DNA of 42,050 bases from a virus (Duplodnaviria > Caudoviricetes): positions 1 to 42,050 of IMG/VR virus record IMGVR_UViG_3300037515_000347; one strand, given 5' to 3'. Below the pieces are notes generated by a model. It was not told where the DNA came from and searched no databases. It was given only the letters and a program-made list of their open reading frames with translations. Shown one piece after another: positions 36,297 through 42,050 of this stretch. Made by a program: the position numbers and the translations under genes. Numbering within the stretch: position 1 is the first letter of the stretch; every line of letters starts with the position of its first letter.

Positions 36297-36551
36297 GTGG
36301 GCGGCTGGGATGACCCGAAACACGTCACGCTCACTGAGCGCGTGGCCCGGCTGGAAGTCAGGGTCGAGACCCTTGGGCGCAGCGTGGACGACCTGACGAC
36401 CATCGCCAGCCGACTTGACCGTCGGCTCACCGCGCTGGACATCACCATTGCGCGCTGGTCGGCCGCTGTCGCCGCAGTCGTGGTGGCCGGCACCATCGTT
36501 GGTCCCGTGATCGGTCCGGCGATCGCCAGCCTCCTGGGGCTGCCGAAATGA
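36297..36551 (+). CDS. Coiled-coil plus C-terminal TM protein (lysis module)
   Basis: ERVARLEVRVETL heptads followed by a hydrophobic C-terminus. Confidence 0.65.
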   Translation: MGGWDDPKHVTLTERVARLEVRVETLGRSVDDLTTIASRLDRRLTALDITIARWSAAVAAVVVAGTIVGPVIGPAIASLLGLPK

Positions 36552-36751
36552 GCGACGCAGTGCTGGTCGCGGTGATCGCCGCCGTCGGCCTGACGGTCAA
36601 CGCCGTCATCGGTGCCCTGGCGTATCGGGCGGCGCGCGAGACACATCTTTCTGTCAACAGCCGGATGGACCAGCTCCTGCGGGTGGCCAGAGCCGCGGCG
36701 CGGGCCGAGGGTGAGCAGGCGCAGCGCGACCGGCAGGACGAGACGAAGTGA
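36548..36751 (+). CDS. Small membrane protein (holin-accessory-like)
   Basis: N-terminal TM; VNSRMDQLL. Confidence 0.65.
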   Translation: MSDAVLVAVIAAVGLTVNAVIGALAYRAARETHLSVNSRMDQLLRVARAAARAEGEQAQRDRQDETK

Positions 36752-36969
36752 TGGCCGGACAGCAGACCCGCTGGAACGCGCTCGCCGCGCAGCAGACCGC
36801 CATCGAGGTCTACCGGGCCCTCGCCGCCGAGCATCGCACGGAGGCCCAGCGGTGCAACCGCGCCGGGATGCTCCGGGACGAGATCCGCCACTGGGAGGCC
36901 GCGGCCATCGCCAGTCAGGCCGCCGACCGCGAAGGGCGCCCCGATGAGGGCCGGGAGTGGCAGTCGTGA
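36748..36969 (+). CDS. Hypothetical protein
   Basis: Coupled start; helical 73 aa. Confidence 0.5.
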   Translation: MMAGQQTRWNALAAQQTAIEVYRALAAEHRTEAQRCNRAGMLRDEIRHWEAAAIASQAADREGRPDEGREWQS

Positions 36970-37934
36970 CCGGCGGCCTTTACCTGAACTCCCATCGCTC
37001 GCAGTACGGCGCCGACCGGACCGCCATCACGCGGTCCTCCGGCTGCACCTGGACCAGCGCGGCCAATGGGGCGGACGCCGCGACTGGCGGCCTGGTCGCC
37101 CTCAGCCCGGACGAGGTCCACGCTCTCGTGGCCAACCACGAAGAGACAAATCCGGTGACCCCCGGCTGGTCCCTGTCCGACGTCGACCTCGCCATGGCGC
37201 GGCTCAAGGTGCCCTTCGAGATCCGCAGCGGGCGCGGATGGGCTGCGGTGGAGGCGGCCCTCGAGGCGGACTGCGGCGTGATCCTCCAGGGCGACTCTGA
37301 CCGGTTCTCCGATGCCACCTGCTCCGGCGCCTTCGACGGCGACCACGCCATCTTCGTCCACCCCGATCGCGATGCTGCCGGACGCCAGCGGATCGCCGAT
37401 CCCATCTGCCTGGCCGCCCGGTACGAGTCGCGCATGATCCTTCGGCTCTATTCCGAGAAGCTGAGCCCCGGCGTGCTCTTCGGCGTGTTCACCACCAGGG
37501 TCCCAGGAGGAGACGAGATGCCCGACATCGCGCCGAAGTTCGAGCGCGCCACGCTCGACGGTGGAGCACAGGTGACGACGCTCGGCGCTCCGCTCAAGGC
37601 GGACGGCACCGTGGACTTCTCGCGGCGCCTCGCCCTCGTCGGCGACCGCCTGACGCTGATCGACCGCACCCGGCTCACCAACATCACCGGAGACCAGGAC
37701 GCGGCGCTCCGCGCGGCGCTGGCCGGCTACGCCCTGCCGAGCGAGGCGCCGTCGTCGGGCATCCTGGCCGTGATCGACGCCGCGCTCGCGGCGCAGGACG
37801 CGCGGATCGATGCGGTGCAGCGGGAGATCGCCGGCAAGCCCCTCCCGTCCGGGCCCGGCCTGGTCCACCCGAAGCTGGCCGAGGCATACGCGCAGCGCGC
37901 CGCCCTGGCCGCGCTGCGGAGATCCGTCGCGTGA
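36957..37934 (+). CDS. Putative endolysin with papain/C39-like cysteine peptidase domain
   Basis: SQ...GCTWTSAA, GDHAIFV and IADP give a Q-C-H-D arrangement; flanked by holin-like genes. Confidence 0.65.
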   Translation: MAVVTGGLYLNSHRSQYGADRTAITRSSGCTWTSAANGADAATGGLVALSPDEVHALVANHEETNPVTPGWSLSDVDLAMARLKVPFEIRSGRGWAAVEAALEADCGVILQGDSDRFSDATCSGAFDGDHAIFVHPDRDAAGRQRIADPICLAARYESRMILRLYSEKLSPGVLFGVFTTRVPGGDEMPDIAPKFERATLDGGAQVTTLGAPLKADGTVDFSRRLALVGDRLTLIDRTRLTNITGDQDAALRAALAGYALPSEAPSSGILAVIDAALAAQDARIDAVQREIAGKPLPSGPGLVHPKLAEAYAQRAALAALRRSVA

Positions 37935-38353
37935 TCGACCAGACGCTCCTGACGCTGGTCCTGGGCAGCCTGATCGCCCCGCTGGTCCTGGCGATGGTGC
38001 CGCGCATCCTCGAGCAGCGCCGGGAGGATCGCCGGGAGCTGCGCGACTTCCTGGACCAAGCGGCGGACCTGGCCGTGGTGAGCGTCGAGCAGGAGTACGC
38101 GCAGGACCCCTATCGCGCCACCCCCGAGGGCAAGCAGCGCCGGCGCCAGGCGGCAGTCCTGCGCTTCAAGTCGTTTGCCCGGACGCGGAACCGGAAGCTC
38201 GATGCCGCAGTAGCAGCCGCCTACGTCGAGGCGGCCGTGTACAAGCGCCGCGCCGGCCTCGATGGCCGGGAGGCGTTCTCCGCGCCACCTTTCCAACCAT
38301 CGGCCCTGACGGTGAACACCGGCACATCTGAATTCAGAGGAGACACACCATGA
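37931..38353 (+). CDS. Holin (LL-H-like)
   Basis: N-terminal TM; AVVSVEQ...GKQRR..A...YVEAAVY pattern. Confidence 0.68.
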   Translation: MIDQTLLTLVLGSLIAPLVLAMVPRILEQRREDRRELRDFLDQAADLAVVSVEQEYAQDPYRATPEGKQRRRQAAVLRFKSFARTRNRKLDAAVAAAYVEAAVYKRRAGLDGREAFSAPPFQPSALTVNTGTSEFRGDTP

Positions 38354-38556
38354 CCGTCTCGGATCTGTTGCGAACTTGGAACAAGCGCGATGCGAGATAT
38401 GCCTTGCGTCGTGAGCCCATCACCGAGAAGGAAATCGGCGCCCTGATCGCCTGGCGACGACGAGAGGTTGGTGACTTGCGGGACCGAAGTGATCAGCGGT
38501 ACGCGGCGCGCTTCCTGGAATGTCGTTCCTTCGTCCTCCGCAGCAAGGTGGCTTGA
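38350..38556 (+). CDS. Hypothetical protein
   Basis: SD gagga; ATGA overlap. Confidence 0.5.
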   Translation: MTVSDLLRTWNKRDARYALRREPITEKEIGALIAWRRREVGDLRDRSDQRYAARFLECRSFVLRSKVA

Positions 38557-38558
38557 CC

Positions 38559-38744
38559 ATGAAGACCGAACCCGCGATTTTTATCGGCGCCATCGCCAGC
38601 ATCCTCGTAGCCGTGGCCCAGCAAGTCCTGGAGTCGGGGATCGTGACCAGCGACGGCGTCCTCAACGTGCTCGCCGTGGTCATCAGCATCGTGCCGCTGA
38701 TCGCCGCGGCCATCATCCGCCAGTTCGTGAGCCCGTCGCTGTGA
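38559..38744 (+). CDS. Small two-TM holin-like protein
   Basis: MKTEPAIF...IIRQFVSP pattern typical of small actinophage holins. Confidence 0.68.
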   Translation: MKTEPAIFIGAIASILVAVAQQVLESGIVTSDGVLNVLAVVISIVPLIAAAIIRQFVSPSL

Positions 38745-39076
38745 TCCCGCATCGGGAGAACGGCTACTCGTTCGAGCCCGGGACGCTGGTGGTCCACGAG
38801 CGCTACCAGGACCACTCCCCAGAGGCCGTCCGCACTCGCTCCATCATCGGGATCGTCAACACCGAAGTCCGCACGGGGACGAAGGCCACCCCGTGCGAGG
38901 TCTGCTTCCCGGCGCCCAAGAAGCCAGGGCGGGTCCAGCGGTGGGCACCGGCACCCAGCAGAGATGCGGGCCAGTCAACAACGGGGCCCGTCAGCGCGGC
39001 CGAGTCGCCCGCTCGCGAGGCGATCAACTCCAAGGATCAGCCTGGGCAGGAGAGCGATGCGCCGGACCTGTCTTGA
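38741..39076 (+). CDS. Hypothetical protein (PCEVC motif)
   Basis: GTGA coupling. Confidence 0.5.
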   Translation: MIPHRENGYSFEPGTLVVHERYQDHSPEAVRTRSIIGIVNTEVRTGTKATPCEVCFPAPKKPGRVQRWAPAPSRDAGQSTTGPVSAAESPAREAINSKDQPGQESDAPDLS

Positions 39077-39440
39077 CTGCGGGGCCATCACAACGGGGAC
39101 CCGGTGCTCGAGATGCCAGGCCGCCTACCGAGCGCCGTACCACGCCGCGGAATATCTCCACGCGGCGCGCTCATTCAAGGGGCGGGCATGTGAGGTGGGC
39201 CTCCCCGGTTGCACGAAGGTTGCCACCACCGTGGATCACGTGATCCCCAAGGCGAGGGGTGGCGGGCGCGGTCCCCTTCGTCCTGCCTGCGCGCACTGCA
39301 ACTACAGCCTGCAGGACCGGGCAGGGCGGGTGGCCCATGGGGAGGGGGAGGGGTCAACACGTGTTTCGCACGGGGAGAGCAGGGACCGGCGCCCACTCTT
39401 CGCGATGTCTACGGATCTGGGGATTCGGGGGATTCGCTGA
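39057..39440 (+). CDS. HNH endonuclease (terminase-associated, HK97 gp74-like)
   Basis: CLDC, CSRC, VDHVIP..GG and ACAHCN motifs; immediately upstream of terS. Confidence 0.85.
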   Translation: MRRTCLDCGAITTGTRCSRCQAAYRAPYHAAEYLHAARSFKGRACEVGLPGCTKVATTVDHVIPKARGGGRGPLRPACAHCNYSLQDRAGRVAHGEGEGSTRVSHGESRDRRPLFAMSTDLGIRGIR

Positions 39441-39441
39441 A

Positions 39442-39867
39442 ATGGCCGGTACCGGGCGCCCTCCGAAGCAGGATCGCCGGCGTGCCAATGCTCCGGTCCG
39501 CGGCGAGTGGAAGCCGACTCCCGGAATGGGCTGGCAGCATGGTCCGATCCCTGAGTGCCCTGATGGCCTGATGGTGACCTCGCGAGAGGCCTGGCAGGTC
39601 TGGATGCGGTCGTGGTTCGCGGCCCACTGGACCCAGGATGATCTGCCCATCCTGCGACAGGTGATCCGGCTCTTCGACAAGGTTGAGCGCAACGATGCCT
39701 CATCTGCCGAACTGACCCAGTACCGGCAGTTGCTCGATAGCTACGGCATCACCCCGAAGGGCCAGCAGGACCGGCGCTGGACACCGCCCAAGGCTGACGC
39801 ACCCGCCCCGGCGAAGGCGACCGCAACGAAGTCCAAGTACGCCCACCTGAAGGTCGTCAACGGATGA
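39442..39867 (+). CDS. terS: Terminase small subunit
   Basis: MAGTGRPPK...RRRAN, W..W and YGITPKGQ patterns; ATGA overlap with terL. Confidence 0.82.
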   Translation: MAGTGRPPKQDRRRANAPVRGEWKPTPGMGWQHGPIPECPDGLMVTSREAWQVWMRSWFAAHWTQDDLPILRQVIRLFDKVERNDASSAELTQYRQLLDSYGITPKGQQDRRWTPPKADAPAPAKATATKSKYAHLKVVNG

Positions 39868-41979
39868 CGGCCGCTGTGTTGGCTCCCGCTCCGCGTCGCC
39901 GAGTTGCCAGGCAGGGCTGGCGTGGGCCGCGCTACGAGGGAGAGCTGCCGACGCTCGGCTATGGCGTGCTCGACTGGATGACGACCTACCTGCCATCGCC
40001 CCGGAACGACTCCAAGCCCTTCGAGCCGACCGTCGAGCAGGCGCAGAAGATCCTCCTCTGGTATGCGATCCACCCGGTGACCGGCGAGTTCATCTACCGC
40101 CGCTGGCTGCAGATGCGCGCGAAGGGCTGGGGCAAGGCTCTCGCAGTCGACACGCCAATCCCCACGCCCGAGGGCTGGGCCACGATGGGTGGGCTTCGCG
40201 TCGGAGACTTCGTCTTCGACGAGCGCGGCGTTCCCGTTCGCGTCACCCGCGCAACTCCGATCTGGTTCGGTGAGGATTGCTGGCGGGTTCGGTTTTCGGA
40301 CGGCGCCGAGATCGTCGCGTCCGGGGACCACCTCTGGACCGTGGATGTCCTGAGCCGCGGCTACCAGTCGGCGACCATGACGACCCGCCGCATGGTGGAT
40401 CTCGTCACGACCCGCGCGGATGGGGCCCGGAACCTGCGGATCCCAATGCAGCGTCCCCTTGAGCTGCCTGATACTGACCTTCCGCTCGACCCCTACGTTC
40501 TCGGGGCATGGCTGGGCGATGGGGAGCGAGCTGGAGCCCGGATCACATCGGCCGACGAGCCGGTGATCGACCAGATCAGGACGGCAGGGTTCGACGTCCA
40601 TGCAGTGTCAGGCTCCTATCGATGGGCGGTGCGTGGCCTGGCAGCTCCGTTGCGAGCCGCAGCCGTATTCTCACGCAAGCACATCCCCGCTGCCTACCTA
40701 CGCGCCAGTCGGATGCAGCGGCTCGCCCTCCTCCAGGGCTTGATGGATACCGATGGGACAGCCGCCGCCGATACGGCAGCGTGCGAGTACACCACCACAT
40801 CCCCCGCCCTCGCAGCTGGCGTCGCCGAGCTCTTGGCGTCGCTCGGCATCCGGGCGGCAGTGAGGCGCGCCAACGCCACGCTCAACGGGCGGATCATTGG
40901 CCCGAAATGGCGGCTGCGCTTTACCGTCCACGACGATCAGCCGGTATTCCGACTCGACCGCAAGTTGGCCCGGCTCCGGGCTGCCGGACCGGCCCGAAAT
41001 CTCCACGCGACGCGGCAGATCGTCGCGATCGAGCAAACCGCCAGCGTGCTGACGCGCTGCATCACGGTCGACGCGCCTTCGGGGCTGTTCCTGGCTGGAG
41101 CGCAGATGGTTCCGACTCACAACAGTCCAATGGTCGGCGCCATCCAGCTCGCGGAACTCGGGGCGAACGGCGAGCAGGACTCGGCCCCGGTTGTCTTCGC
41201 AGGCTGGGATGCCAATGGTGAGCCGGTCGGTCGACCGTGGGGCACGGGGGGCCTTCCGCCGGCTTGGATCCAGATTGCGGCCGTCTCCGAGGACCAGACC
41301 GACAATACCTACTCCGCGCTCTACCAGATGCTCGTGGCGAACGAGCATCGCGCCGCGAAGGCGCTGGGCATCGATGACGGACGGACTCGGCTCTTCCTCC
41401 GTGGGCGCCCGGGCAAGCTCGAGCCGGTCACGGCCTCCAGCGGGTCGCGTGAGGGGCAGCCGGTCACCTCCGCCGTGCTCGACGAGACGCACCTCTACAT
41501 CTCTCGCAACGGTGGCGTGAAACTCGCGCGGACCATCCGTCGCAACGCCGCCAAGATGAACGGCCGGACCATCGAGACCTCGAACGCCCCGAGCGTCGGC
41601 GAGCAGTCCATCGCCGAGTCATCGCTGAAGGCGGCGCAGGGTGGCGCCCCCGGTGTCCTGCTCGATGCAGCGCGGCCCGCCATCGACCCAGATCCACGCT
41701 GGGAAGACGAGCAGCTGCTCGTGGCCCTCCGCGAAGCGTACGGTGACTCGTGGTGGGTGGACCTGTCCCGCCTGCTGCGGGACATCCGGGATCCGGACAC
41801 GCCGTGGGAGGATTCCCTCCGCTTCTTCTTCAACATCCCGACCTCCGGCAGCTCCCATGCGGTGGACGGGCGCCAATGGGATGCTCTCGCCCGGGACACC
41901 GAGGTTCCATCCGGGACGCTCATCGGCCTCGGCTTCGACGGCTCCACGAGCCACGATGCGACGGTGCTGCGAGGCTGCA
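39864..41979 (+). CDS. terL: Terminase large subunit, N-terminal ATPase part with intein (continues at 128-639)
   Basis: Translated by hand: LPTLGYGVLDW, RAKGWGK/[intein]/SP Walker A, IQIAAVSEDQT, SAVLDETH Walker B. Absent from the ORF track because it runs off the end. Confidence 0.93.
40137..41123 (+). mobile_element. Class 3 (Ala1, W-C-T) intein with LAGLIDADG homing endonuclease, 329 aa
   Basis: Starts ALAVDTPIPTPEGW; block B SGDHLW; LGAWLGDG and LQGLMDTDG; block F TRCITVD; ends PTHN/S. Confidence 0.92.
41853..41979 (+). repeat. Terminal direct repeat of 1-127
   Basis: Exact sequence identity. Confidence 0.95.
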
Positions 41980-42050
41980 AACTGCAGCTTGCCAGTAGAC
42001 TTGCCGGCCCCCTCGCCCCGAGGGAGGGGCAGGGGCGAGGGCAGACCGGG
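41979..42050 (-). other. Inverted copy of 36145-36216 (likely chimeric assembly tail)
   Basis: The reverse complement matches cccggtctgccctcgcccc...aagctgcagttt exactly. Confidence 0.85.

Overview
The window is an apparently complete, circularly assembled genome of a high-GC tailed (siphovirus-like, HK97-fold) bacteriophage of 41,852 bp. Bases 1-127 are repeated at 41853-41979, and the last 72 bp are an inverted copy of 36145-36216, probably an assembly artefact. Almost every gene is on the + strand. The order is HNH nuclease, TerS, TerL (spans the contig junction, is missing from the ORF track and carries an Ala1 class-3 LAGLIDADG intein in its P-loop), portal, S49 protease, major capsid, head-completion genes, tail genes with a -1 frameshifted chaperone, tape measure, tail tip/fibre proteins and a signal-peptide SGNH esterase. 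Early genes follow from a leaderless sigma70-type promoter: HTH, recombination protein, replication initiator, resolvase-like nuclease, mini-PolX, SNF2 helicase and DNA methyltransferase. The lysis genes come next. No integrase was recognised. The most striking feature is a translationally coupled 8-enzyme glycan-synthesis cassette (6228-12780) inserted between the head-closure and tail-terminator genes. It contains five glycosyltransferase-like genes, an NDP-sugar epimerase, a TagD-like cytidylyltransferase and a TagF-like polyol-phosphate transferase. This suggests the phage builds a teichoic-acid-like or complex glycan, possibly on its own virion. The host cannot be determined from the sequence; the terminase type and leaderless promoters suggest Actinomycetota or another high-GC phylum.
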